Sequence record: OR234014.1
Origin: Staphylococcus phage SAC
Strand: one strand, 5' to 3'
Length of the DNA stretch: 64,000 nt
In this document: positions 38,296 through 50,087 of the stretch, piece after piece
Layout of the letters: the number at the start of each line of letters is the position of its first letter
Position numbering within the stretch: the stretch's first letter is position 1
Notes under the pieces: generated by a model
The model's database searches: none
What the model was told of the DNA's origin: nothing
Seen by the model: the letters and a program-made list of their open reading frames with translations, nothing else
Made by a program: the position numbers and the translations under genes

Positions 38296-40998
38296 TTACT
38301 GTACTTCTGTGTACGTATCTATTACTTTAATTTTATTATCTACTGTGAATGTATCACTTGATAGTAACATATCCCGTAAGTCATAAATAAATCTATTTGA
38401 ACCTAATGTAATATTCTCGTTATATAGAGTAGTAGACGTTAGCAATCTATCTACATCAGTATATCCTTGGTATATCTTAGGTGCTAATTTTATTACCTGT
38501 CCTGTTGAACTATCAAATACATTACCTTCACTATCAGTAAGTATGCTCATGCTACTTAATGTAGTGTTATATATCATATCTACCTCTTGCCACACAGCAT
38601 TGAAATAGTTATTACTCATGTTAGAAATACTACCTTTTTTATTTGTTAAATTATTCAGGTTAGCATTCCATATAGTTTTAAGTATAACCCTAGAGAAAGG
38701 TGTAATACTTGAATAATCTATTGTTTCTAAGCCATATAAATCTACTAAGTTATTAGGTGTTATTGTTTCACCTTGACTTAAATTACTTATTGTTTTTAGG
38801 TTTGTCCAATTATCCCCATAGTAAGAATAACTTAGCTCAATATTTTTAAGAGGTGTTGTTGTATTTATTCCTATTGTTTGTATATCTGTTAATATGTTAT
38901 CAAACACAATAGCTTTGTCTATAACATTAGTTACATCTTCAGGTGCTACCGTGTAGTCCTTCTTAGTAGCTCCTTCTTTTAATTGAAGGTTTGTTACTTT
39001 TACCATATTAGAAGCAATAGGTGTTTTAGAGGCAGTACCATCTGCTGTATATCTACCTGTGTAAACAACAAGTCTATGGTCTGTAATTGTAGGTGCTGTA
39101 AATGTGATAGATACCTCAATCTTATTACCTATCTTTCTTTGCATGCTTTTAACACCATTAGCAACAATACCTTTAGTACTACTATATAAATATATACCAT
39201 GATTGTCAGAATATGTTTTTAAGTCCATATTAGCATCTGTGATTTCCATCTCGAATGACAAAGTATATAATTTTTGTGGTTCTAGTACTTTAGATAAATA
39301 CGTTGAATTATATAAGGTGTCAGCCCATGATGAGATATAAAACTCTTTTGTGCTTACAACACCCTTGAATATATTACTATCACCTTTATATGATTGCAAT
39401 AAGTTTCTATTAGTTGTATTTTTATATAAATCTATAGGTGTATTATTTTGTACCTCATTATTGCTGTTTTTACCTGTAATACTTACAATAGGTTTAGTTG
39501 AATCATAAGTAGCATGTAACCTTAAATATTTTATGGGTTGATATCCATTTTTATTAATTATGTCTCCATTTAATAATGATGCTACTTTAAAGCCTTCAAT
39601 ATAAGTATCTTTAGTCAAATCTATGTAGTTTTCAACTAGTGCCTTAAAAGGTTTGATAGTATACACATCTTTTTTATAATTATAAAAATGTAAATCCATG
39701 TAGTTAATACTTATATCTTTTTGCTCATCTTTACCTATATTAACCTCTAATCTTGTAAATAAATTAAGGTCATCATTTAAGTAATCTCTTATATAACCTA
39801 TGTTTACACCTATGTTTTTCTCGTAAAAAGATAGTTCTGTTTCTGATACAGTTAACCATTCATTAGTACGAAAATCAAATATTTGTAACTTAATAGGTAA
39901 TGATTCATCAGGTGAAACTAAAGCTTTTGCAAAGAAATCAATTGTTAGTTCTCCTATAAAATCGGATATTTGTTTTTTAGCATTATCTCTAGTTATATCT
40001 ATATTAGGTTTGTATCTACTGATAAACTCACTTACATTAAAGTTATTGTATAAATAAGATACACCATAAGCAGTTTCCATTGATATATTTATATCATTAG
40101 TATTCTTTAAGGATGTATATAAGTAATAATCTAAAGGTGCTTCTTTTCCTTTATCATTTAAAGAAGCTATATGTGTGACGGCTGATGTACTAGTAGGTTC
40201 ATATGCATATGTCGTAACATAAGCATAATTTATAAATCTACGTCCAATATTAGAAGAGCCTGATAGAATATCTTCACTATTTAATGTACTCTTATTTGTT
40301 CTGAACCTTGTTTTATCAGATTGTTCAGCTGTTGCTTCACTCATGTTTAAATGTCCATAGAAAGTTTCATCATAACCTAATAATCTATCTAAATCCGTAT
40401 ATGTTTCAATTTTAGGTAGATTTTTAAGCCATTTAACAACACCATCACCCTTTATGGTAGTAGCACCATCATAAGTTAAATATAACTTAACACCTGCGGG
40501 TTTAAATTCATTTATTACATCTATAATCTCTAAAGGAAAGTAACCATCAACAGAAACATTTATCACAGCAAATCTATAATAATAACCCATTAAATAATCT
40601 TCACCATTTAATTTTGATTTATTGGTATAAAATATATTTTTAAAAGGTTCATATACACTAACATTTATATTCTCATTATCTAAGTAATCTTTAATAGCAC
40701 TAATAATAGCGTTGTTAGTACCTCTTTTTAATAATAAGTATTTTATAATTCTTTTTCTATAGCTGTCATCATTCTCATTTATTCTTCTGTATACACCAAA
40801 CCAATCCCCAAACTTATCTAAGTAATCTCCTGTGGCAGTTTTTAATGATGATTGAAGTTTGCTTTTAATGGTGTCTGACTCTATATTGTTCATCTCATCA
40901 TTAAGTGCTGTTATTAAAGCATAGTTAGGGTCTTGGTTATCTTTATTATTCTTATTTCTTCTTAATAAAGGGTGTAAATTTCTTAAAAAATTAGCCAT
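38296..40998 (-). CDS. baseplate/tail fibre structural protein (900 aa)
   Basis: Position directly after baseplate J and N/Y/T-rich composition. Confidence 0.45.
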   Translation of the reverse strand: MANFLRNLHPLLRRNKNNKDNQDPNYALITALNDEMNNIESDTIKSKLQSSLKTATGDYLDKFGDWFGVYRRINENDDSYRKRIIKYLLLKRGTNNAIISAIKDYLDNENINVSVYEPFKNIFYTNKSKLNGEDYLMGYYYRFAVINVSVDGYFPLEIIDVINEFKPAGVKLYLTYDGATTIKGDGVVKWLKNLPKIETYTDLDRLLGYDETFYGHLNMSEATAEQSDKTRFRTNKSTLNSEDILSGSSNIGRRFINYAYVTTYAYEPTSTSAVTHIASLNDKGKEAPLDYYLYTSLKNTNDINISMETAYGVSYLYNNFNVSEFISRYKPNIDITRDNAKKQISDFIGELTIDFFAKALVSPDESLPIKLQIFDFRTNEWLTVSETELSFYEKNIGVNIGYIRDYLNDDLNLFTRLEVNIGKDEQKDISINYMDLHFYNYKKDVYTIKPFKALVENYIDLTKDTYIEGFKVASLLNGDIINKNGYQPIKYLRLHATYDSTKPIVSITGKNSNNEVQNNTPIDLYKNTTNRNLLQSYKGDSNIFKGVVSTKEFYISSWADTLYNSTYLSKVLEPQKLYTLSFEMEITDANMDLKTYSDNHGIYLYSSTKGIVANGVKSMQRKIGNKIEVSITFTAPTITDHRLVVYTGRYTADGTASKTPIASNMVKVTNLQLKEGATKKDYTVAPEDVTNVIDKAIVFDNILTDIQTIGINTTTPLKNIELSYSYYGDNWTNLKTISNLSQGETITPNNLVDLYGLETIDYSSITPFSRVILKTIWNANLNNLTNKKGSISNMSNNYFNAVWQEVDMIYNTTLSSMSILTDSEGNVFDSSTGQVIKLAPKIYQGYTDVDRLLTSTTLYNENITLGSNRFIYDLRDMLLSSDTFTVDNKIKVIDTYTEVQ

Positions 40999-41008
40999 TG
41001 TTTACCCC

Positions 41009-42055
41009 CTATATTAATTCTACCTTAATATCCCCTGCTCTAATAATACCTTTCGAAGATACTTCTATATTTGTAGATAAATTCTTAAATGCTACATCAT
41101 AAATTAAATTATCATCTATATTCATAATAGCTTGAATTAAATCGTTAATAATTAAGTCATCAGAAGTAGTCAGACTATTTAGGTATCCTCTAATAACACT
41201 TTCAATATGTCTTTGTAATGTATCACCTATCCTAGCTTTATTAGATATTGTTACTACTGCAGACACATCTATTTCCTCTTTCTCTACGCCTACAACATCT
41301 AACTTTATACCACTAGGTCTGTAATCTTCTAATGCCGTTATTATGTCATTTTTTAGAGTAGCAGATAAATTTCCGTTTTTATCATGCGCATATACAGTAA
41401 CATGACCTACTTCTTCATAAACATAAACACCATCAACATCAGGTACTTGTAATGTACCATATCTAATAGATTTATTAGTAGCTCTTCCTCTCGATTCTAC
41501 AAACATATGGAACCTACGTTTAAAATCCTCTTGAGATTCTTCTTTTGTTCCTGTATTAAAGGAAGTCGGGTTTGTAATTGTACGAATTAAACTAGAGCCT
41601 GAGGCTATTGTATTAATGATATCTTCAGGTATATTACCTACAATACCAACTTCTTTACAGTAAACTTCTACTGTAATTTCAGTGGTTCCTTCTTCAGCAT
41701 AGTAATCAACTAATGTTTCAAACTGTTGAGGGTATTCTTGCCTAGTAGATGAGAATGTAGTACCTGCAGGTATATACATTCTCATGTCTAAAGGTTGGTA
41801 AAATTGAATGTTTACATTACCATAAGCACGCTTAGCTTTTCTTTTTTGAAAATCAAAAGCTTCAATAATCCCTTCTTGAATGCCCCAATTAATGTTTTCT
41901 CTTGTTAATATATAATACTGTTCTATTTCTAAAGCTACTGCTTCTAAAAGAGAGCGTACAGCTGAACCAGGTGTAAAGTCTGTTATTTTGCTTGTACCTT
42001 GTATCGTCTTATCCATTAACCTAGATAATATCTGTGTTAACTTTCTTGTTCTCAT
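41009..42055 (-). CDS. baseplate J-like protein
   Basis: Size (348 aa) and position in the baseplate gene block. Confidence 0.45.
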   Translation of the reverse strand: MRTRKLTQILSRLMDKTIQGTSKITDFTPGSAVRSLLEAVALEIEQYYILTRENINWGIQEGIIEAFDFQKRKAKRAYGNVNIQFYQPLDMRMYIPAGTTFSSTRQEYPQQFETLVDYYAEEGTTEITVEVYCKEVGIVGNIPEDIINTIASGSSLIRTITNPTSFNTGTKEESQEDFKRRFHMFVESRGRATNKSIRYGTLQVPDVDGVYVYEEVGHVTVYAHDKNGNLSATLKNDIITALEDYRPSGIKLDVVGVEKEEIDVSAVVTISNKARIGDTLQRHIESVIRGYLNSLTTSDDLIINDLIQAIMNIDDNLIYDVAFKNLSTNIEVSSKGIIRAGDIKVELI

Positions 42056-42069
42056 ATAAATTTCCTTTC

Positions 42070-42774
42070 TTAGTCAAATAAAGCAAAGACACCTGAATCA
42101 TCTTGACCTAATACAAAGTCTATAGATTCTTCTACGGACTTGATTTCTACATTAAATGACCCATAGTATTCATTACCTTTTATCTCCCAACCTTTTAAGT
42201 TAGCTGATTTAACTCTACTATCTGATGTTAGAGTCTTTAATACATCTACTTCAATTAACGTAGCTTGTTCAGGTATATTTAAACCAAATAAATTATGAAT
42301 GTTAGAACCATATTCAGGATGTAATAATAAAGAACCTTTAGGTGTCAATAGTCTAGCTCTTAAAGATTGCTTAATGTTATCTATGCCTTTAACTATATCA
42401 AGGTCTCCTCTACCATCTGAAGATAGGGCTAATATTTCATCATCTGTTCCATGAGCGTCTATATACTCTTTATTATCCGTCATATTTAGGTCTCTACCTA
42501 AAGCTAATTCTACTAATACATCTTTATCTCTTGATGTTATTTCTTTAGAAACCGAGTCTGTTAACTCAGCATCTAAAGGTATAATAATAATATCACCCTT
42601 AGTTATTAAGTGTTCAGGGTTCCTTTTCTTTTCTTCATCTGTATCTACAATATAAGGATATTGTAAGTTGTTATGTTCTATTAAATCTAACCAATAACTA
42701 ACATCACCATAATACCTTTGTGATATAGCTTGTAAGGTTTCTTCTGGTTGGACTTCATGCTTTCTAAATCTCAT
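42070..42774 (-). CDS. baseplate wedge component (LysM-like N-terminus)
   Basis: N-terminal TLQAISQRYYGDVSYWLDLIEHNNL resembles a LysM domain. Confidence 0.4.
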   Translation of the reverse strand: MRFRKHEVQPEETLQAISQRYYGDVSYWLDLIEHNNLQYPYIVDTDEEKKRNPEHLITKGDIIIIPLDAELTDSVSKEITSRDKDVLVELALGRDLNMTDNKEYIDAHGTDDEILALSSDGRGDLDIVKGIDNIKQSLRARLLTPKGSLLLHPEYGSNIHNLFGLNIPEQATLIEVDVLKTLTSDSRVKSANLKGWEIKGNEYYGSFNVEIKSVEESIDFVLGQDDSGVFALFD

Positions 42775-43295
42775 TATACCACCTCACTCTTAATTAGCGG
42801 TAGTTGTAATTCCAAAGAGCCAAAACATAAGTCTAAGTCTCTTAAATCGAGAACAATACTATTGTATTCTTCATAATCACTTAAGTAGTCAGCTACATAG
42901 TTAACATTACTTCTCACTATAGATACATCTTTTTCTGTTAAATATTTTAAGTATTCAGGACTTTCTACAAAGCAGTTTACAATAGCGTAAGCTTCCATTA
43001 CGATAGATTGCATAATTAAATACATTCTAGGTGATTGTAACTTTAAACTTGTTTGTTCTACTTTATTAACTATTGTATTGTTGTTAAATGTTCTTTCTAA
43101 AGTAGGGATATCAGTAGACTTAATCTCTTTTAATTTTACTCTTGCAAGTTCACTTAGTTGTATTTGTGGTGTATAAAATTTAGAAACAAAAGGTACTTCC
43201 TCATCTAATAAGTTCATATGTGTGTAAGACATGTCTAACTCTAATCCATTTAAAAACCTTAATAGTCCTTGTGGTTGAGGTATATAATTATTCAT
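42774..43295 (-). CDS. hypothetical baseplate protein
   Basis: ORF of 173 aa, translationally coupled to its neighbours. Confidence 0.35.
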   Translation of the reverse strand: MNNYIPQPQGLLRFLNGLELDMSYTHMNLLDEEVPFVSKFYTPQIQLSELARVKLKEIKSTDIPTLERTFNNNTIVNKVEQTSLKLQSPRMYLIMQSIVMEAYAIVNCFVESPEYLKYLTEKDVSIVRSNVNYVADYLSDYEEYNSIVLDLRDLDLCFGSLELQLPLIKSEVV

Positions 43296-44146
43296 TACCT
43301 AGATACACCTCCATCACCGTATCCTATTTTAAGTGCCATATCATCAACAGTACTACTAAGACCGTTAGTATTCTGTCTAGGGTTATATATACCTATATTA
43401 CTCATACCGTCTCTATTACCTTCAGAACCACCTGTTCTTATGCCACTACCTCCTCTTAATGTTCCTGCCGTTCCATATCGTGAACCACTACTACTAGAAT
43501 TAGAAGAGCTTTTACTACTTTTATTTTCAAATTGTGATACTATTTGATTATTCTTGTTTCTTGTTTTTCGTGCGTTACTATCTAAATCATTAACACCCTC
43601 ATCAACTCTTTGTTTAGCATTAGGTTTTACATTACCAAACTCAGCAGATGTTACGGAACCTCTATCTGCTTCAGCAAGGTTACCTATCACAACTAAAGTT
43701 ATTTCATATCTATATAACAAGGATTCATCTTTAGACCTTGTTATTTTTAAACCTTGCGGTGCTAGATGTACTTTGTAATATTTATCATCAGTAAAGTTAT
43801 AGAACTCTATATAAGCTCCTGCTACGCTACCATCTCCACCCTGCTTAGCGTATGCTTCTACTTGTTCTTGTAGTTCCTCTATTTTTTGTTTTCCTGTTTT
43901 AGTACCATCTACTTCTTTTACAGGTCTAAATCCAGTAGTACCAGAAAAAGTTATTGTCTCTATATCTTTACCATAGTCTTCAACAATAATGTCTGATTTA
44001 GTTTTAGTTATAGATGTTCTTTGTGGTGCATCTATTTCATAACTTTCAGGGTTTACTTTGAAACGGTACATATTATATTTACCGCTTGCTGTTGGAAAAC
44101 GTAATGCAATACGTCTTATTGTATTCTTTCCATCTGATTGAGGCAT
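43295..44146 (-). CDS. hypothetical baseplate/tail protein
   Basis: ORF of 283 aa with a G/S-rich C-terminus. Confidence 0.35.
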   Translation of the reverse strand: MPQSDGKNTIRRIALRFPTASGKYNMYRFKVNPESYEIDAPQRTSITKTKSDIIVEDYGKDIETITFSGTTGFRPVKEVDGTKTGKQKIEELQEQVEAYAKQGGDGSVAGAYIEFYNFTDDKYYKVHLAPQGLKITRSKDESLLYRYEITLVVIGNLAEADRGSVTSAEFGNVKPNAKQRVDEGVNDLDSNARKTRNKNNQIVSQFENKSSKSSSNSSSSGSRYGTAGTLRGGSGIRTGGSEGNRDGMSNIGIYNPRQNTNGLSSTVDDMALKIGYGDGGVSR

Positions 44147-44257
44147 AACTTACCACCTTTCTATATCGTATTATATCATATATAGTATTTAAATACAACT
44201 ACTTTCTCAAGTTTAATATAACATGACATATATAAAAAAGCCCTATTAATAGGACTT

Positions 44258-46714
44258 TTAAACTTTTTTAAACTCTAATATTTTATTTGTTTCTACACCA
44301 TCTATACCATATAAAATAAGCTTATTTATAATATCACTTGTCATATCACCACTAGCATATATAGATAGGTTATTATTATGTGCTGTATTTACTGTATCTT
44401 GAGTGATGCTAGTATATGGTAGTAGTACTCCGTATATATTTGTATATATACCTTTGTTAATATCTGTACTTGTTAGATAGGAAGTATTATATAATACTGG
44501 TAAGTTAGAAAAATTATTTAATACTTCTTGTGTGATTGTTAAATCTTTAACTTTCAAATACACTTGATTCCTAGGTGCTCTTATACCAATTAAATTATAT
44601 TTTTTCAGTAGTTCTACTATGTTTGCAGTAGTTGGTAAATTAATACTATATCTAATAGAATTTTTATATTTAGCTAATACATCTTCTAAAGATAAAATAC
44701 TCTCACCATTCTTAGCTGAAAATGACTTTATTTGTTGTAGAGTGTAATCAGACACATTACCTTTACCTGTTGTTATAGTATCTAATTTAGAATCATTAAG
44801 ACAGACTAACTGATTGTCTTTAGTAACTTGTGTTGTCAAACTCAATAAATCAACATTAGAATTTACAAGTGTTTGTAGTTGCTTATCTGTTTGTTCGGAT
44901 ACTATACCTAATAACTCAGTGTTAGTAGGTGCTAAAGTAGTTTCTAATACTTCTATACTAAACATTGTATTATCTTGTAGTAATGTAAGGTTAATATCAT
45001 TATCTTGTTGTACTTCTACTGTGAATGTATCTCCTTGTTTAACAGGTATAACATTTGTAATTATATTATCGTGTGTATTACCATTAGTTATAGTTTTGTA
45101 TGTATTACTATTCTTCTTGACTGTAATAGTTTTTACTTTATCTTGTAATATATCCCATTTAAGATTAATAGAAACTTTAACTTTAGATACACCTAACGGA
45201 ATAACAAAAGCATCCTTAGTCTTATTTACAAACTCAGAATTATTAAAAACTATCTTATTCCATGTAATACGTGTAGGTGTGTATGGATAAATAGTAAGGT
45301 TACTATCTAATTGCAGTAATGAACCTAGATAATTACTACTAACACTTTGAGAACTGTTATTAACATAGGTCTTACTTGATTTCTCTAATAAGGTATTATT
45401 AATGTTAGGTAATGTAATTGTATCTAGAGTATTCAATCTACTTTTTAACTCAGGTATTTCTTGGTTGTATTTATTTATCATAGTAGAAGCATCTTCATAT
45501 AAGCCTTTAAATGTTTTGTCTCTAAACTCTTGAAACTGTGTAATAATACCCTCAGCTCTACTACTTACATTAGATATTTGAGATTTCATAGTCGTAACAT
45601 CGCTACTTGCCTTACTAGAAACTTCTATAGATTTTTTAGTCTCTTGGATTAACTCCTCTAAGTTTTCTTTACCTACACCTTCAAGTAAGTAGTTAATGTC
45701 ATCTAATTCTTTCTGTACTTCCTTAAGTCTATCTATAGACTCTGTAATGCTAGCATCTAACGTATCTAAAATTGGCTTATCATCTAAATATATACCTTTA
45801 TCATTAAATTCAAACATATGCTTAGGGTTTTTTATGTAAAACACATTATTATCATTTATACCAAACTCTACCCATACTTGCGCTGAGTCTAATAATAGGT
45901 CATCATCTTGCTTTATAACTCTATAAGAACCATCGTGAGACATCTCTTGTGTTGTTCTTTTTTGTGTGCTTTTGTCTAATACTGAAGCTCTTACATCACC
46001 TTTTTCGGAAATAAATAAAGTTGTAACATGATTATCTCCAGAACCATCATCAAAGTATAGACCCTGGTGTTTAAATAACATGTTAGGTGCCTTTTGTATT
46101 CTAGGTTCTATTAAATTTTTGTTACTATAGTATGATGGAAATAAGTCTTGGTATTCAGTACCTGTATAAAAGTCTGAAGATAAAGGTTTTTCTTTATCAC
46201 CTGAAGTAATGGATAAGAAAGATTTACCATTGAATGTTTTTATAGATGTACCTTCACCATCTTTATATGTATAAGTTAGGTCAGGTAATATAGAATACAA
46301 AGCACTACTATATTTATAAACATCATCATTACTCATTTTACCACCCTCTAAAGGATTCGTATTTATGAGTTGGTTTGCTTCTGTATTACCATAGATAGCT
46401 AGTATAATAGGGTAATTAATGTCATCATTAATAAATCCTAACAGTACAGTAGTTCCTTCCGTTATTAAAGTATTACTGCCATACATGCTACCTTCAGGTG
46501 TTCTCCCTACATAATCTTTAGGATAAGGAACAGCTAACTTACCGTCATCACTAGGGTTACGTCCTAGTGTTAAACTATTTATTTTAACTTCTACAGTTTG
46601 GTACTTATAATTTATTTTGCTTACTGTACCTAATAATAGACCCTTAACATTAAGTTCTTCAGAGTCTATCTTTTTTAAACTTCTACCTAAAGAAGACTGT
46701 AATCTTACCACCAT
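44258..46714 (-). CDS. large tail-associated protein (possible glycerophosphodiesterase-type tail enzyme)
   Basis: 818 aa. The C-terminal LYGIDGVETNK resembles the end of a GDPD fold. Follows the CHAP lysin as in Twort-like phages. Not verified at motif level. Confidence 0.35.
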   Translation of the reverse strand: MVVRLQSSLGRSLKKIDSEELNVKGLLLGTVSKINYKYQTVEVKINSLTLGRNPSDDGKLAVPYPKDYVGRTPEGSMYGSNTLITEGTTVLLGFINDDINYPIILAIYGNTEANQLINTNPLEGGKMSNDDVYKYSSALYSILPDLTYTYKDGEGTSIKTFNGKSFLSITSGDKEKPLSSDFYTGTEYQDLFPSYYSNKNLIEPRIQKAPNMLFKHQGLYFDDGSGDNHVTTLFISEKGDVRASVLDKSTQKRTTQEMSHDGSYRVIKQDDDLLLDSAQVWVEFGINDNNVFYIKNPKHMFEFNDKGIYLDDKPILDTLDASITESIDRLKEVQKELDDINYLLEGVGKENLEELIQETKKSIEVSSKASSDVTTMKSQISNVSSRAEGIITQFQEFRDKTFKGLYEDASTMINKYNQEIPELKSRLNTLDTITLPNINNTLLEKSSKTYVNNSSQSVSSNYLGSLLQLDSNLTIYPYTPTRITWNKIVFNNSEFVNKTKDAFVIPLGVSKVKVSINLKWDILQDKVKTITVKKNSNTYKTITNGNTHDNIITNVIPVKQGDTFTVEVQQDNDINLTLLQDNTMFSIEVLETTLAPTNTELLGIVSEQTDKQLQTLVNSNVDLLSLTTQVTKDNQLVCLNDSKLDTITTGKGNVSDYTLQQIKSFSAKNGESILSLEDVLAKYKNSIRYSINLPTTANIVELLKKYNLIGIRAPRNQVYLKVKDLTITQEVLNNFSNLPVLYNTSYLTSTDINKGIYTNIYGVLLPYTSITQDTVNTAHNNNLSIYASGDMTSDIINKLILYGIDGVETNKILEFKKV

Positions 46715-47598
46715 GTTATATCATCCTCATCAAACCTCATAACCCTGCCATTAAAGTCATCCCAATAATCGTCTAACTCATAGGTACTAATAGAGGTGTT
46801 ATCTTTAGGAAATGTACCTATAAGAGAAATAAACTTCTTATCTCCTATGTATATCCCTATATTATCATCACTACGTCCAAAGAATAGTATATCACCTATT
46901 TTGAATTTGTCAATATCAACTTTATATTTGTGTCCCTTACCAAATATAGTATAGAAGCTTTTACCTGTGAAGAAGTAGTTAACTGTTAATGGATTTTTTA
47001 GCTCTACATTTCTCTTTTTATACATCCAATATAATAAGTTGTATGTATCTAAAGGTACTATATCCTTACTTTCAAAAGGGTTTTTATCCGTATTCCCTTT
47101 AAACATATACTGTATATGTTTATAATTATTTAAATTCTCTTTCAAGTCTAATGTTACTAATGTACTAACTGGAACATCTTCATCAAATATATGCTCATTC
47201 TCCATGTAGCTACCATACAGTATGTTCTGTAACTCATCAAAGTAATCTATAACAAGTACACCATTTCTTTCTACCATATGTACCATACAAGTTGATAATG
47301 CATCAGTAGGTACTGTGAGATTATCAGTAGTATAACTTATTTTTCTAAGTGTGAGTTTAGCTTCTATATCTGTACCATTATTAGTAAAACTATCATATGT
47401 TACTTGTCTAGGTGTTATACTTTGTATAACACCTACATATGGTCTAATATAAACAACTTTATTATATACGTCTTCTGTAGTTATCTTTTTAACTTCCTTA
47501 TCTTTTTCTTCAACCTTTTCTTTGGTTAATACTTCAAAATTGAAAAGATTATCTATAAATTTATCTATAACATCTTTAACTTGTTTATCCGTTGCCAT
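46705..47598 (-). CDS. hypothetical tail protein
   Basis: ORF of 297 aa. Confidence 0.4.
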   Translation of the reverse strand: MATDKQVKDVIDKFIDNLFNFEVLTKEKVEEKDKEVKKITTEDVYNKVVYIRPYVGVIQSITPRQVTYDSFTNNGTDIEAKLTLRKISYTTDNLTVPTDALSTCMVHMVERNGVLVIDYFDELQNILYGSYMENEHIFDEDVPVSTLVTLDLKENLNNYKHIQYMFKGNTDKNPFESKDIVPLDTYNLLYWMYKKRNVELKNPLTVNYFFTGKSFYTIFGKGHKYKVDIDKFKIGDILFFGRSDDNIGIYIGDKKFISLIGTFPKDNTSISTYELDDYWDDFNGRVMRFDEDDITWW

Positions 47599-47603
47599 AT
47601 CAA

Positions 47604-50036
47604 TTATCCTTTATCATATATAAATTGAGCACCTTTACCTATTGCTGAACTCATGTCTATTGTTCTTGTACCATAGCCATTAGGAGTTGCATAATTATGT
47701 TCTGATATAAATATACTAGCGCCACCGTCTAATACTTTTTCTACAAAAGCAACATGTCCATACTGAGGGCTTCCGCCAGGAGCGCCTCTCTGCCATATAA
47801 CACAAGCTCCTTGTTTAGGTGTTCTACCTACACTATAACCAGCACTTTTAGCACCACCAATCCAATCCGCCGCGTCTCCCCATAACGGAACAGGAATACC
47901 TAACTCACCACGTCTATTATAAGCATACCATGTACATTGATATTTGTAATGCCTGTTTCCTGGTTGAACAAAATTTGGGTCGTGTTTAGGCAACTTACCA
48001 TTATATTTTTCTAGTGAAGCTAAGGTACCTCCATCTTGTGCGCCTCCGTCAGAATCTCCATCTTTATTTCCTTTTGTTTTCTTCTCGGCTACACCTTTTT
48101 CTTTTAATTCTTTAGATGTCTCTTCACCCATAAGACCACCCATAAAGTCAGATGACTGATTCCATAGTCCTTTAAACCTATGTTTGCTTCCTTCACCATC
48201 TTTTATAATAGCATCTTTTAGTCCTCTTGTTACTCCTATTGTAGTAAAGTATCCTTGTTTATAATCAAACTTATGTTCTATGGACTCTATGTAAAACTCC
48301 CATATATCCCCTCGTTGTTTATCTTTTATAAATAACCGTTTACCTAGGTCATACTTAGGGTCACCTAATACAACAATATTACCTGCATAAAAATTAGGGT
48401 TTGAGTGATACCAATTAAATAGCATTTTAGTAAATATAATTAAAGGGTCATCACTTGCGTCAGAACCTGTATCTCTAGCAACATTAGCTACTCCTTCTAC
48501 GGCTTTAAGATACTTATCATAAATATCACCTGTGGTACTTGTAGGTGGGTTACCTTTAAATCTAGTGTAATCCTCTAGTAGTTTCTTAGCATGTGTAGGA
48601 TTACCATATTTATAATTCTTTGTAATATCATCTATTACAGCTTTTGTTGTTTTCTTATTTAAATCTTTATCATCAAAAGTTTCTTTTTTATTAAACTTTT
48701 CCGCTAATATAGACTTTAATTTTTCTTTTGTTAACTTTGGTCTAGTATCAGATACTGATTCTCTTGAAGTATTATTCTTTGTTATCTTTTCATAATCTTC
48801 TTTACTTAAATTACCTTTTTTTATGTAAGACTCTAAAATACTCTTTACTTCAGGTTTAGTAATATTGTTGTACTTTGATGATATCTTACTAGAGTATTTA
48901 TCTAATCCTTTAGATATGGACTCTCTACCATAGTTATTTAAATCTTTAAGTAGTCTGTCATAAGTTACTCGTTCATGACCGTTATCTCCACCTGTAGTTT
49001 CACTATCTTCTGTAGCACTACCACTCTTAGTTCCTATGTATAGGTTTTCTGTTTCATATTTAGAATACCCGTATCTATCTACTAATTCTTGGTGGAATTG
49101 AGGTTTAGAGAATACATCCCCTGTTAATTCTTTTAACATACCTGCTGGTTTTACTGTAAAGATAGAGTAGGTTTCTACATCACTCTTACCTACATCCTCC
49201 TCTATAAAATCATCAGTTGGTACAACTATGTATTCTAGTGCTTTCCATTCAGTTGGATTAAAAGGAGTTTTTCTTAATACTAGCTGTGCTTTACCTTTAT
49301 GTTTATCTGAATTTCTAAAGAATAACTCATTAAAAGGTCTAGCAGTTACTAAGTCCATAAGTTGTTTTAATGTACCATCGAAGTTAGTAAAAGCGGAAAC
49401 TTCAGTTAACTTTTCATACTCATCCCAACTAGATAAATCATCATACTCTAAGTAACTCTCTAATGTGTTGTATGTTTTATCCGTATAATTGTACTTCATG
49501 TAAGGAATAAATCGTTGTATAATACCTTGCATTACATCTTTAGCGGAACTACCTGTAAATTTAACCTGATTCTCTCCATCGCCATCAACTAACCAACCAA
49601 CAGTTGGTAATACAGCTTGTACCTCTTGAATAACACCTAAACCAAACTTCATAAAAGGTTTTACAAATGATTGACCTGTTATTCTAAATTGTACTTGGTC
49701 ATTACCATAACTACCTACTTTAGATACTTGAGATACCATACCTACTTGTATAAGTTTCTCTTGGTTTCCCTCTTTATCTTTATGGTCATTATTAGGCGTA
49801 ATATATATCTTAATAATATCATTTGCCATTACTAGCTTATCCCAATACGTATCCCCTGCCATAGTTATTTGGAATACAGCACTATCATCTTCCATAGCAT
49901 TCTTAGTTTGAAAACTAAGTAACTTTGAAGCAAATTGATTGCCGTTGTAATCTTTAGTATCTTCAAACTTTAATGTAAATGTATTATCATCTGTTACTAT
50001 TTCTATTCGTATCTTAGGACGTCTAATTCTATACAT
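47604..50036 (-). CDS. tail-associated murein hydrolase with a C-terminal CHAP domain
   Basis: C-terminal YQCTWYAY...GHVAFVE gives a Cys/His CHAP peptidase signature. Confidence 0.7.
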   Translation of the reverse strand: MYRIRRPKIRIEIVTDDNTFTLKFEDTKDYNGNQFASKLLSFQTKNAMEDDSAVFQITMAGDTYWDKLVMANDIIKIYITPNNDHKDKEGNQEKLIQVGMVSQVSKVGSYGNDQVQFRITGQSFVKPFMKFGLGVIQEVQAVLPTVGWLVDGDGENQVKFTGSSAKDVMQGIIQRFIPYMKYNYTDKTYNTLESYLEYDDLSSWDEYEKLTEVSAFTNFDGTLKQLMDLVTARPFNELFFRNSDKHKGKAQLVLRKTPFNPTEWKALEYIVVPTDDFIEEDVGKSDVETYSIFTVKPAGMLKELTGDVFSKPQFHQELVDRYGYSKYETENLYIGTKSGSATEDSETTGGDNGHERVTYDRLLKDLNNYGRESISKGLDKYSSKISSKYNNITKPEVKSILESYIKKGNLSKEDYEKITKNNTSRESVSDTRPKLTKEKLKSILAEKFNKKETFDDKDLNKKTTKAVIDDITKNYKYGNPTHAKKLLEDYTRFKGNPPTSTTGDIYDKYLKAVEGVANVARDTGSDASDDPLIIFTKMLFNWYHSNPNFYAGNIVVLGDPKYDLGKRLFIKDKQRGDIWEFYIESIEHKFDYKQGYFTTIGVTRGLKDAIIKDGEGSKHRFKGLWNQSSDFMGGLMGEETSKELKEKGVAEKKTKGNKDGDSDGGAQDGGTLASLEKYNGKLPKHDPNFVQPGNRHYKYQCTWYAYNRRGELGIPVPLWGDAADWIGGAKSAGYSVGRTPKQGACVIWQRGAPGGSPQYGHVAFVEKVLDGGASIFISEHNYATPNGYGTRTIDMSSAIGKGAQFIYDKG

Positions 50037-50087
50037 ACTTGTACTTCCTTTTTCTTTATATAAAGGGTAGTACTTAATAATACTACC